From: Tubulanus polymorphus
Lineage: Eukaryota; Animalia; Nemertea
Assembly: GCF_964204645.1 (NCBI RefSeq)
Contig: NC_134033.1
Location: 5,852,231-5,916,230, forward strand
Length of the DNA: 64,000 nt
Direction of reading: 5' to 3'
The notes beneath the pieces were generated by a model. That model was not told where the DNA came from. It did not search any database and saw nothing but the letters and a program-made list of their open reading frames with translations. Both the position numbers and the translations under genes were made by a program. This document shows, one piece after another, positions 21,192-39,872 of the stretch (its first letter is position 1; each line of letters starts with the position of its first letter).

Positions 21192-22632
21192 TTAGTTTAG
21201 ACCACTGAGCCAGTTGTCCAGCAGGGTGCTAGCTGTGCCTCGGTCCCAGTGGATCCCATCTCCAACAACTCTGAAGCTTCGATCATCGATTGGTCGTATT
21301 GCGTTGACGTCATCGCGGTTCTCGAGGAATTCGTTGAATTTCCGGGCGAACTGCTGGTGTTCGCGGGCTGTGTTTAGTTGAACGAAGTGGACGAACGAGT
21401 GCTGGCACTTTCGGACTGCGGCGTTGATGAGGCGCTGTGTAGTCTTCCTGGTGGTAGCTTCGAAATGGTTGTCGCGGTCGTTGATTCCGACGCTGATGAT
21501 TACCGTGTCCGGGCGATCTCGGCGCTCCGGTACAGCTTCGATCAGTTCGGCGAGATTAGACGTCTTGCAGCCGGGGAAGCTCTCGATCTGGACGTCATCC
21601 GGACGGCGGCTTGATATGATGTTACTCAGATTTGAATCACCAATCACCAGAATGGGTCGCCTGTTTCTTCCGATTCGTCCTTGGATGACGGCGAACTTCC
21701 TGGGGCGCCAACGGTATCGGTGTTGGCGTCGGACTTCGCGCTGGCAGTAGGCACCCTGGTGACTTGTCAAGAGACGGAGAGCTGGAAAGAGAAGAAGAGA
21801 GAGACGGCATCGGACAGCTAGTTGTTGCGATCGGCGTTCTCTGTTGCGGCGGCGGCGTCGGACTTCTTGGTGGCGTCGGACTTTTTGGCGGCGGCGTCGG
21901 CATCGGACTTCTCGGTGGTGGAGCCATTCTGGTTGGTGGCGTCCTGGTGACATCCGCGTAGCTTCTATTTTTCTATTTCTATTCAGGCGTCCTCGGCGTC
22001 GCGGGCTGTCGAATCTTCCGGCTCGGTCTCGGCGGCGGTCGAATCTTCGGCTCCGTGGGTGCCTCCTGGCGGTGTGACCTGGAATGAGAAAGGGAAGTGG
22101 GCCGGTTATGTAAGAGACTAAACAGTTCGTTACACAGAGTCGGACCGCGGAATTACGAGCGGAAATCGATGGCAACTTGAAAAAGCCGGATCTTTCCGGG
22201 GCTCAAACGGGAGCCGAAATTCTTATGAGCCCATGTCAGGGCGATATCCTGAGCAGACCGCGAGTCCGTCTGAGGATCACTCATTAAGGCGGTAAATATG
22301 AGCGTGTAATGAGTTCTCAACTCAGTGGAAACCGTCTCCATCCAGACGTCTGCGGCAGCGTGCAACTTCACCGTCACTTCTTCAGTGCAGGCAGCCGGCC
22401 GCAGGAACGTCTTGAGGTGCTCTCCCTTCCTCTGCATCGCTCTCAGTACAACGCTCAGCTGGGAAAAGTGGTGCTCCGCTTGCAAAGCCTTGTAGGAGTC
22501 TTTGGGAGACATGGGGCGTCCTCCGCCTGTGCTGGTCTTCTCAGCTGGTGGTCGTTTCTTCTTACGGGTAGATCGCTCAATTGACAAATACTTCGGCGAG
22601 GTTGCCTTCTTCAGTGTCAGTGTAGGAATCAT
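21192..22632 (-). pseudogene. Spliced upstream ORF of the Penelope-like element: N-terminal exon, Pro-rich linker, SGNH/GDSL esterase
   Basis: Intron 22156-22079 (GTAATT…pyrimidine tract…CAG); SGNH blocks IGDSN, FPG, VGIND, DGIH. Confidence 0.8.
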
Positions 22633-22865
22633 GCTGAACTAGGATTAAACACGGGTTTTGATACACGCAGCGCGCAGCAAGTGAAAGGTATTGAGTTAGA
22701 AGTTAAGTGACCATATGAGACCTTTTGATCTATACTAATTGTACTTCTGTGATCAAGCTAATAGACAAACTAGGGGTCTGACTAATTATGCCTTTGATCC
22801 TGAGTGACTAGAAAACAGCACAAATTATGGCCCTTGATCTAGCTGTTGAATAGTTTGCTTTGATG

Positions 22866-25170
22866 TAATAATGATAATAATAAATATCATTTGTATAGCG
22901 CAAAAATCCTATGAACAGTTCTGATGCGCTACACAGGACGGAATGTCATGTCATAAAGTGGTCTTGGAACAGCAGGGTTTTTAAGTGTCTTTTCAACTGC
23001 GAAGAATTTAGTGATGTGAGGTCCACGAGATCAGATTTATTCGAAAGTCAAGGAGCGTAATTGGAGAATGCTTTGCCACCAAAAGTATCTAAGACATAGG
23101 CTGGTTCATTGAGACTAGTTTGGTGTGACTAGCGGAGATAACGTCGAGGGTTGTATAATTCCAAGAGCTGCAACAAGGAGACGGGTGCTTGCTTAGTCAG
23201 ACATTTGTAAGTGATGAACAGTACTTTGAAGGTAATCCTCGATGTAACTGGTAGCCAGTGAAGTTCGTACAGAATGGGTGTAATGTGTTGAAATCACGGT
23301 GTTCTAGTAATCAAACGGGCACAGGAATTTTGCAGTCCCTGTAACTTTTCTTTGTTAACCTGATGTGCAAACCAAAAGACTGTTGCAATGATGAAGCCTT
23401 GAGATAACCAAGGCCTGAACAAGACTCTTAGCAGCCGATTGAGTGAGCTGGTTACTTACTGATGAAATGTTACGTAGGTGAAAATAACCAGATATGAGAA
23501 TACCATTGACCTGAGGTTTCATAGATAGCAGCGGATCAACTGGTAGTTTAGATATAGGAACAACGACACCATCAACACATATTAACTTTACATTTATAGA
23601 CGGCAATCGCTGGGCAGTACCTAACAGTATAGCCTCTGTTTTGGTAGGGTTTGCCTTCAAATAATTATCGGTATACCATCATGGCAATTAGATATTTTTT
23701 CAACACGAGTGATCTGAGTGTTTAGAGTGTCCACATTCAGAATTGATAAAAGCGTGTAGAGCTGGATATCATCAGCAAAGCCATGTCTGTTTAGGTCAAA
23801 CTGTTCGATGACCTGCACTAAGGAAAGAATGTATGCTAGGAATAACAGAGGCCCAAGGACTGAGCCTTGGGGTACTCCAAACTTCAGTTCACATTCAGCG
23901 GAGCGAGATTCAGAGATCAGCACTTGCTGGGTCCTATTAGAAATATATGAACGAAGCCATTAAAGGGCTACACCGTCTATACCAAGATAATCCTGTATTC
24001 GAGCTATGAGCACCTCATGATCGATGGTGTCGAAGGCGGCGCTATGGCCGAGAAGAACAAGTAATCCCACACCACCAGCATCGACCATAAGACGTAGATA
24101 AGTTTGGACGCGGCGTAGTGCCGTTTCTATACTGTGGCAAGTTTTATAGGCTGATTGGAGGTAGTCATGGAGATTGTTTTCGTCCATGTAGCAACGGAGC
24201 CGGCTGGCTATGACACGCTCAAGCACTTTAGAAATGAAGGAGACATTGCTAAACGGACGGTAGTTGCTCAGGATGTTAGGGTCTAACGATGGTTTCTTTA
24301 ACAATTGAGTTACTAATTCGCACTTCATGTCTTTTGGAACGATACCCGCCGATAGCGACTTGTTAATGACCAGAGTAATAAACGGTAGCATAGAGCCTAG
24401 AACCTTTTTGAGTAACGAAGTTGGTATCGGATCCAGTGTACAAGATTTGCTCGGAGCAGCATTAATTATTTCGGAAATTATATTCTCACTAGCTGGATGA
24501 AAATTTAGCAGCCTGCTGCTTGTACGCTGTCCTTGAAGGGTCATCGATAGATACAGTTAGAGTTGATCGTATTCCTTCATCTTTATCAACAAAGAACTTG
24601 ATGAAACGATTTGCAAGTTCAACGTCATCAGAATGATCTGGAAGGGTTGTTGATTTCTTTGACCGAAGTATTTCCTGATAAATCATCTGCAACTTTTTCC
24701 CATCGCCAGCAGCATCTTCAATCCTCTCTGTAAAATAAGATGCCTTTGACCTCCTTAGCAATATATTGAAGGAGTTCCTATTTTCGATGTAAGTTTGTTT
24801 GTGAACGGTAAGCTTGGTTTTCCGCCACTTTCGCTCTGCACGGCGCTTCTTCGTTTTAGCCATCTGTACCTCAGCACTAAACCAAGGATGTGACGGACGA
24901 ACTACGACTGTCTTGGTACGGACTGGAGCATGTTTATCGATAACTGCAATGACGGACGATGTGTACGATTCACTATGATCAGATATATCAGTTACTGTCA
25001 GATTTTCGAATGAGCTGTAGATATCCTGAGAGAATTTATCCAAATCTAAATCTCTTAGTTTCCGCACTTCAACACTGACACGGCGTGGGGATGGCTTTTT
25101 ATAGTTAATACTGAACAGAATAAGGTTGTCATCAGCAATCATGTCACCCAATACAAGCCCCTTGATGAAA
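22866..25170 (-). mobile_element. 5'-truncated degenerate L2/CR1-group LINE
   Basis: PWF, KSCTLDPIP, NYRP, SAAFDTIDH, GVPQGSVLGPLLF, FADD, LHWLPV; 3' tail GCGCTATACAAAT…(ATT)n. Confidence 0.92.
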
Positions 25171-25595
25171 TAACTTACTAGAATTGTCATTTTCAACGGC
25201 AGCAGTAACAACACTTTCGTTCGATTCTGATGTAACGGTTGTGAGCACACCTTTCTTATTTTTGCGTAACGGTTGAGCTCTCATTGATGCATCGGGGCAG
25301 ATCAACGGATCTGCAAAGAGGAAATAAATAAAAATCACGGTTTAAATGTGTCACCAACCCCCAGTGTTGGGTCTTGAAACAGCAATAACGGGTAAACCAT
25401 AACTTACTAGAATTGTCATTTTCAACAGTAGCAGTAACCACATTTCCGCTTGATTCTGATGTAACGGTTGTGATATCTGCAAAGAGGAAATAAATAAAAA
25501 TCACAGTTTAAATGTGTCACCAACCCCCAGTGTTGGGTCTTGAAACAGCAATAACGCGTAAACCATTACTTACTAGAATTGTCATTTTCAACGGC
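25171..25595 (-). repeat. Three-copy tandem duplication with exon-like structure
   Basis: Repeated GTTGAAAATGACAATTCTA|GTAAG donor-like and TTTCCTCTTTGCAG acceptor-like sequences. Confidence 0.7.
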
Positions 25596-26336
25596 ATCAG
25601 TGTCGACGAGAGCGACATAAAGAAAATTACGACAGTTCTTTAAAGCACAAGTTTTATTTCACAGACGAAGATGTGTGGTTAACTACAAATAAACAAATAA
25701 TACAGTATTCAAATTAACAAAATTAACAAAAATAAATAGAAAAATTATCTGTAATGTACATAGTAGGCCTAAATATTTCCTAAATTTAATTCCAACAGAT
25801 TTTTACTTACAAGAACCATGTCGAGTGTACGTCTAATGCTGGCAAAAAGCCCCGAAATATTCTACAACATGACTTTAAATAAAGTTCTACAGTACAGTTA
25901 ACTATACAGGCGTGAATGTGATATGTGATATGTATAGCATGAATGTCAATTCTGGAAGCTTAATTCAATGAAGCACGAAATCTAAACAGAATATAGAAAT
26001 GCAGTTGAATAATTCAAACAAATCAAACCCTAGAAACACAAAGTATGAATATCTAATCAAAGCAAACAAAATAAATAAAAAAAAGAAAAAAGGTTGAATA
26101 TGTAACAAGCAGTATCTACACTTTCACAAAAACCCGAAGGATTCGTTTGAGTAGACTTTTCTGAAAAAGACGAGAAAATGTATATAGACATGACAAGCCA
26201 TTTCGAACACTTCAATAATGCATATAGCAATGTATTGAGCATGGCTAAACATTTAGACCGGTGACCGCTCTGCTCATTGGTCTTCACCGCCCAAGATTTC
26301 TAGACCAATGATGAAACACATACAAGCAATACATAC

Positions 26337-26376
<40 letters not shown>

Positions 26377-26494
26377 CAAAAGACTTTTCGACCTCGTAAT
26401 TGTGGAAGTTATATTCAATTCGTCTTTCGCGATTCGTTTCGAGTGTGATTTGTAATTAATGGTGCCGTATATCATAAAAGAAAACGAAACAAGA

Positions 26495-27345
26495 AATATA
26501 GCTGCAAAGCAGCGATAACGGGTTTTCTGCACAGTCTTAGAATCCTGTTCAACGGTGGATTTCGACGAAGCATTTGATAAGGCACAACATCAGCCATTAC
26601 TAAACAGGCTATTAGGAAATAGTATCAATGATAGGTCGCCCAAATGGCTCAGCAGTTATCTCAACGGAACGCCTCATCTTGGAATAAGTCGGTCAAACTA
26701 GTGGAGTCACGCAAGGTAGTATTCTAAGTTGTCTTCTGTTTAATGTCCTGACAAATGACATACACATACCAGACCAAGTAAATTTCCAAATCGACCTTAA
26801 CACGCTGTTCAACCAAAAAACCTAATGTTCCAACAAGAAAATCTTGTTCGAATGAAAATAATTCTGTTTGATCGAACAATACGCTTTTTGCTTGAACCAA
26901 AAATTTTCTTCATTCTGACAAAAAATGTGTTCGAATAAAAAGCTATGTTATTGTTGAAATGAAAAATTTTTAGTCCTGGCAAAAAAATTTGGTTGAGCGA
27001 AAACAATTTTTTCGAACGAATGTTTAAATGAAAACAATTCCATTCGATTGAACGAAATACTTAATGTTCTGACAAGAAAATTCTGTTCAAATTAAAACAA
27101 TTTTCTTTGTTTTGGCGCGCCAAAACGAACTTTTAGAGAAAATTGGACGTTTTTTTTCGTTTTGGCGTTCTGGCGCCCTCATTTACATACCAGGAATTTT
27201 ACGCTATGGCCCTTATCAGCCACCATACAATACGATTGTGTGCGACTAGTTTCTGCCAGTCGCAAAAGCACGTCGGTTGGTTGTGACAGTCGTGTCGCGT
27301 CGCAGAAAGTAGAACACGTACGACTCCATGTGACTGGCGTTGCTG
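26495..27345 (+). repeat. Composite repeat (LINE RT fragment plus repeat arrays), inverted copy of ~54520-55600
   Basis: Clear reverse-complement identity (GGATTTCGAC…CATCAGCCATTACTAAACAGGCTATTAG); RT remnants DF..AFDK and SGVTQGSIL. Confidence 0.85.
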
Positions 27346-27479
27346 AAAGATGAGGACGCCAGTGATATGACGACAGAGTTTCAAGTCGTCAAAACGTCAC
27401 GATATGTCGACATATTCATGTCGACTTGATGCGATATATCGCGATATATCGACATAAATATGGCGACTTGTCGAGTTGG

Positions 27480-27642
27480 AACGCGACAACTCGAGTCACT
27501 TTATCGCTTCCGTAGATCTTTCATTAAGTAGGATCAATTGAATGATCGCTTTAATATCACTTTAAAAAAAAGAATCTGCCAAAATGACCTTAATATTCGA
27601 CACTATATACGGAAGCGATAAAGGGCCTTGAGATGTCGCGTT
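27480..27642. mobile_element. Small hairpin/MITE-like element
   Basis: ACGCGACA…CTTTATCGCTTCCGTA / TACGGAAGCGATAAAG…TGTCGCGT inverted repeat. Confidence 0.6.
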
Positions 27643-27923
27643 TGGATTACAACACGGCCTTACAGCATTTTAATAGTGCATACGGTGCAGATGATGTTAG
27701 GTGACAATGAGTACAATATGGTGAATATTACAAGTCATTGATATACAAATATGGTGATTGTCAAACATTTCTCTACAACGATCGGGTTACTAAGATATAA
27801 AAAATTATTATGTGTAAAAAGTTAAAAAGCAAACCAAAATGGCCAAATTAGCTCACCTGTTGCCGAAGTGTGCAGAAAATAAATGTTATCAAATAACCTA
27901 CCTCCAATTATTATATACATGTA

Positions 27924-28041
<118 letters not shown>

Positions 28042-28287
28042 GCTGTGTAACGATCCCTATAACCGTTATCAAAAATACATCATATACATGTTATATGGAG
28101 TATTAGACAAAAACATTAAGTCAAAAAGCAGTAAGTGAAAGAGAAAAAAGCATGTTGCACCCCCACCAAAAATATGTTTTGGTATTAAGTATGCAGTCAG
28201 AAAGTCCAGAAGGACTTTCAGACTGTATGCATAAAATACTACATTAAAAGCAATCCAGTGATAGAAGAGTTTCGAAAGTAAATACTA

Positions 28288-28463
28288 TAGTAGACTCCGC
28301 CTATGTCGGATCCATATCAGTCTCGGATTCATTTAGCTCGGATTGAATTTCTGGTCTCTTTGCTTCATATTTCATTCAAAATAGCCTTGCTTACGTCGGA
28401 ATATGTCGTAGCGCTGACAAAGATTTCTGGCCCCAAGAGAACCGAGGTAAGCGGAGTCTACTG
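28288..28463. mobile_element. Tc1/pogo-type MITE
   Basis: TIR AGTAGACTCCGC / GCGGAGTCTACTG with TA on both sides. Confidence 0.8.
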
Positions 28464-28574
28464 TACGAAAACTTACCAGACATGCCGTTGAAACTTAAAT
28501 GAAGATGAAAAAAGAAATTGATCAGTATTACAATTAGATACCTATATTACAAGCACAAGTTAAATCTAATAGCA

Positions 28575-34261
<5,687 letters not shown>

Positions 34262-34639
34262 TTTAGGTACGTAGGTGAAGTCTAAATGTATAATTTGCAG
34301 ACCGAAATGAAGGTGACTCCCAGCCATCTGAAATAGTCAGACCCGATGTTTACGGCTCGACAGTGCTTTTAAAATCTAAAATAGTAAATTTCCAGTGTAT
34401 CGGTAATATGATTTGATGAGGAAAATGGGCTATTGTTAAAATCACTGTTTGAAGACCGCGACTGAATGTGAAGTCTGCGGCAATAAATTAGTACATTTAT
34501 ACTTGAATTGATAATCGAAGTGACAGTCGGCCTGCGGGTTGATTTCGGGATGACGACTCGAAAAACATGTCGCCCCATTGAATGGGTCGAGTGAGTAAAA
34601 ATACAAATAAATTCTCGCACGCTCGAATTTACGTTTATT

Positions 34640-37213
34640 TTTTACTCACTCGACCATTCAACCTTTGACTTGAAACAACATATTCCCATTTACTCTTGAA
34701 ATATTCATGTTTTAAAAGTGAGAGTAAAATGTTAACAGAATAATCTAACAAAATAAGATCAAATATAGTTTTCAGCAATAAAAAATCAATTTTAACATAA
34801 AAAGTGTGAGTAATTGACGAGTAAAATAATTCATATTTAAAACAGTGAATATTCATATTTATACGCGTTTAATTCTTGATTTTATGCATAAAAAGTGTGA
34901 GTAAAGTGTGAGTGAAATAATTCATATTTAAATCATTGAATATTTATATTTGAACGAGTTTTAATAGAAGTTTTGTTATTAAAATGAAGAAAGAAGAAGA
35001 AGAACCCAAATTCAAAATCGAAATAAAAGAAACCAATAAATCATTTTCACAGTTTAACATTAAAAATTTTATTTCAGCAACAAATTTAGTGTCTGCTAGA
35101 CATCATAAAATTGATAATATTACTGTAATTAATCAAATAGCATCAAATGAAACATATTTAAGTACTGAACTTATCGATACTTTAGATAATGGCGTTAAAA
35201 ATCCTAAAATATTCAATACAGTTTTAAATTATAAAGGTAATTTAGATGAAAACGTAACAAATATTCTTAAAATTCCTTTCAATGAAAGAAAAAGTGATTT
35301 AATACTTTCAAAAATTATAATGATTTGATTAACTTAAGAATTGAAAAACGACAAGAAAATTCATCAAATATTGGTATTCAATGTGATTTAGATAATGAAA
35401 AATTATTCAAAGATGTTGCAGTTCAATGTAACTTAGATAATGAAATTGTTACGCCTAAATATGAACCTAATGAAAAAGTTTTATGTAATTGTGGAAAATA
35501 TTATACACGAAGCAATAAATCACACCATCTTAAATCAAAATATCATAACTCAAAAATAATCATTCAACTCTAAATATTGAAAATAATATATTTCAAATTA
35601 CTTTTAATTTTTCTCTTAAATAAATGGAAGATTTCGGCATTCCAATTGGAAAAAATGATTTGAAGCATTATCTTATAGCAGGAGGGTTAATATTGGCTGC
35701 GCTTTTCTTTTATTATGAAAATATTAGTAAAGATTTGATGAATGAAAACATTAAATTGAGTTATAAGTTAAAGAAGTTAAATGGGAATCATAGAAATAAA
35801 AAAGTTAATGATTTAAAAGAATTAGAGGATTAAAACAGCATCTTTTAATTTAATTTATTTTATATATCTTAACTATAAAAATGAGTGAAAATAAGGTATT
35901 AAATATATTACATCTAATATATAAAAATCAACAGAATATTAAATCAATTATTATGATTTCAGGTTTATTTTCTTTCTCAATTTATACTATAAAACAGTTG
36001 TTAGAATTCTATGATAGCTGTAAAATTAGATACGCTGAATTAAAAGAAAATATAAATTATATTTCAGATCGAATAAATAATATTAAGTAATATGCAATAA
36101 GAAGTACAAAAATTCAAAATCATTAAGGAATCATAAATATATTCATGAATTAGATAATAAATTACATAATTCAAATTAAGTTTGAAAATGAAAAAGATCA
36201 ATTTCTATTTTCATATTGATCTACGAGTGTACGAATGGTACGAATGGTACCAGTGTACGAGTGTGCGATAGGGGGGTCTGATATTAAAATATACCCTATA
36301 TCTCACAGATTTATCATATTCATATTTTTAACTCATATAATTTATATTTTCAGCTAACATATTTTATATTTTATTAAAATAATATTTAAATATAGTATAA
36401 AATCGATAAAATAACATAAAATCAGACTCGTACTGTTTTTTAAATAAAAACATATGTAAATTATATATTATTACCCTCGTACCATTCGTACAATTCGTAC
36501 ACTCGTACACTTATACACATTCAAAATTCTATAATACTTCAAATTATGATTTTATTTCATTAATTGCGAATAAGACTGTTAAATTGGTTGGAACGTATGA
36601 TATATTGTAAAAATAATATTTTTGTTAAAAAAGGGGTTGAGGTATCAATGTATTAAATACGTATTAAATGCGTATCAAATACGTATTAAATACGTATTAT
36701 GCTTTATTTGTGAAATTTAAGTCTCAGAAGTAATTTATTCATACATGAAATTAAATTTCTTTACATTTGACTAGGTTTCTTTAACTAATACTAAGTTAGT
36801 TGGTTTATTGTTTTTCTAGTATTATTCTAGTCAAATGTAAAGTAATTTAATATCAATAAGAATTGAATAAAAAGCATTAGAAAAACAATACAATTGAATA
36901 AGCCAACTTATTATATTATTAATATTTATTTTTTTATAATTGCATTCTCTTTAACATTCTTCAAAGGTAAAATATTTAATAGACTAGAATTGACAGTTGT
37001 ACTTTTTAATAAGTCTTAGTCCAAATCCAGCAGATGCAACCATTTTTGACCGAGCCCTTCTATTAATTTCTTGCGAAAATGTATCTAAATTATATAATCC
37101 TGGTTTTAGATATAAATGAAATAATTTATTTCTATTTCTATCATGTATTAAAAAGACTCTATGTTCAATAGTTTTATCCGATACATTATAAAAAAGGTTA
37201 CATAAACTAAGGC
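34640..37213. mobile_element. Remnant of a second related Maverick-type element; boundaries approximate
   Basis: Very AT-rich, small (T)AAATG-started ORFs, Zn finger CNCGKYY…HHLKSKYH; 36930-37213 (-) encodes an internally deleted penton homologue (LSLCNLFYNVSDKTIEH…KPGLYNL…QEINRRAR…LLNILPLKNVKE). Confidence 0.8.
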
Positions 37214-39872
37214 CAAAAAAGATGCCTTATTTCTCATTGTTTTGAAATCCCACCCGCATCGGAAGAATCATCGGCAAATTAGCGATAAAAATAAAGTCTG
37301 CCCTCCCGCATCAGAGAGCTCGAAAATAAATGGTTTTTTTATAAAGATTCAAATCCGCCCGACCGCATTGATATAATAAGCATATCATCATCTTTTTATC
37401 ATTTTATTTCTCTATGAACGTATCGAGAAAAGTTGATCGTATGAATATCATCGGCACCACTGGTGACTCCAACCCCATATCAATGGAGTCGGTTACCGAA
37501 GGCCTACGTCCAATGCCAAGGTCACCGTGGAGCTACTTCCTGGTTTGATTTCTGGCTTGTATTTCTCGCTCAAATGTAGTGCTTATAAATAGCGTCAAAG
37601 ATGTTGATATCTGTTCAAATAATTCTCCAAAAGAAGCCAATACTACGTTGGCCAATTGTACAAGTATCTCCAGAGTCAACGGTGATTGAACTTTTCGAAA
37701 ATGCGGCCGGTTCTTTTAAAACTTGACAGTTACTGTAGAAATGCGTGACGTTCACGAGAAGTATATAGAGATTTACTGAAAGCCGGTATTTCTAGGACCG
37801 CAGAAGGTCACTTCCAATCATTACCTGTGACATCTGTAATCAGTGATTTAAAAGACTTCGGCATATTATGTGAAATATAATTTCGAGACAAAAATGGCCA
37901 GTAGCAGTACAGTACCACAGCAGAATGCATTCCAGAAGTTAATGGCTGCAGCTGGACGAAAATCCAGGCCCCGATGATTGATCCAGTAAGAACTAAAAAA
38001 GATGAACTGTTTAATAATGTGTTGCTAGTTTTAAAAACCATGGGCGGACCAGGCTGGCCAGCATCGTCATTGACGATTGGGAATAACTTCATCACATTAT
38101 TAACCGATGACATGTGGATGTTAGATGGCAATCATGTAAGTAGCTGACTTATACCTGTCTGTTTTTCCTCAAAACTTGCTGTTTTTTTTTTGTTAAAGCT
38201 TTAGGCCTACATTCAATTCTTCAATATCATAATACATGTTGTTATAATAACCAAATTTTGTTTCTCTTCGGACATTAAAATCATCATGATCAATGTGCAA
38301 AAAAGGTTTCAGGCTTATGCGTCAGCATGAAAATTCCACTAACTCTTCGCGCAGGACTCTGAATGGAAGCTATATGCATGTTGTACTAAAATGCTCACTA
38401 TGAACAAACTATGTGGTGAATCAATCCGGAATTTTTCAGTAGAATGTCAGACACTAGGTACCTTTCTTTAAAGGTATATTTGTTGTATGTCATTAACAAT
38501 CAGTTACTTTATTCATAACTTTGAAGTGGCGCACCGGTCAGTCACGTCGGTCAACGATAACACGAAACAGACCACGGTTTTGCCGGGTTAGAGCGTCTCT
38601 CCACATAAATTAGAGCATGGACGTATAAACTAGATTATACGTCCATGATTAGAGGGACTGTAATGGACCATTTGTTGACACTAACCTTTAATAAACTTCG
38701 TATGGATACAATCAAGATAATTCCACCCTATAATTCCACTATTCAACAATCAACGCGCAGCTTAGACATGGCGCCGCCATTCAATACGCAAGTCACGATG
38801 TATCTCTACACACATCAAAATCACACTTGAATTACAAGTGTTGACTTATGAGAAACGATCGAAATCTAGCAATTTGATTGGGAAAATAGCAGCACTATAG
38901 TTGAAAAAAGTTGATAAACCACCTCCGACTGTCTAATCATTTAAAAGCTTTGCATTCACATGGTATAATTTCCGCCTTATCACAGGTGCACTCTGCCGCC
39001 GTGATTCGCCCATTCAACGATAAAAATTTCCCACGGTCTTACTATCGGCATTTTCTAATAATTTAGGGAAATACTTTAAAAAAGCGAAAGTTCAAACTCT
39101 GCATAATTAAGATTAGCGTATTTATTCGTTTGACAAATCTTCCTCTGAACTACCACAAACAAGTTATAAGTGGCGACACGAAAATGACGTCATCGACTCA
39201 CTACCATCTTATGAAGGTAATAAAACGGTAACGACACAGTTCTCGAGAATTATATTATTCCCTTCGGCGCCATCTAAGTATTCCTGCAGTTATAACGATA
39301 CATGACCAGTAGACCATTAGAACTTCTAACCGGAGACCAAGAACTAGTCCACGTGGATCGTAATTATACGGCTTGCTCTATGTTTAAACACAGTCGCCGC
39401 TTAACCACGCGCTTAACCTATTCTACAAAAAAACACAACTGACATTATATGCACCTCCCACAATGACGTCACTTGTTATTGAGATGCTCGTCAAATTAAG
39501 GGGAAATTGCTATACTTAACAGTGAATACGAAGTATGAATGTTTAATGAATATTTGGTTTATTTGGTAAACTCGATCTAGTTCGTTATGTTTTCTTTAAA
39601 GGGTACTGAATGTTTTTCACTGAGCACTATCAATGAGTCAAGTTGAAACGTGAATTCGAAGGACAGGAAAAATTATTGTATTTGTGCCCGTGTGTGTAGT
39701 GTGGAAAAAATAAGCAGCACTATAGAAAATGAAAATCATCGATTTGTTGAAGATAAACGTAGAGTGCGCAAAGTTATTTTTTGAGTTGTAGGAAGCAATT
39801 TACATAAAGTCACTATGTCCAGTTCACACTGAACACCGGTTCAATGTCTTTGAAGTGAATCAATCCTCGAAA

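Larger units (their letters stand above)
1480..22700 (-). mobile_element. Penelope-like retroelement (Neptune-type), interrupted by the Maverick and an LTR; outer boundaries approximate
   Basis: RT reads through the insertion after removing one TSD (…EKECLSRSAL|QPPLYARFIDDI…); Cys linker CGTPRCRTC; C-terminal GIY-YIG. Confidence 0.9.

Noticed and set aside
21378-22584. Plus-strand and Arg-rich alternative ORFs, and antisense ORFs at 14033-15082
   Set aside because: Shadow frames of the real genes.
26284-26532. ORF resembling a type II membrane protein N-terminus
   Set aside because: GTG start lies inside a duplicated repeat and the ORF runs into (AT)n.
37900-38140. Plus-strand coding-like fragment (KDELFNNV…GW…WMLDGNH)
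   Set aside because: Short, unassignable and without a supportable gene model; probably TE debris.
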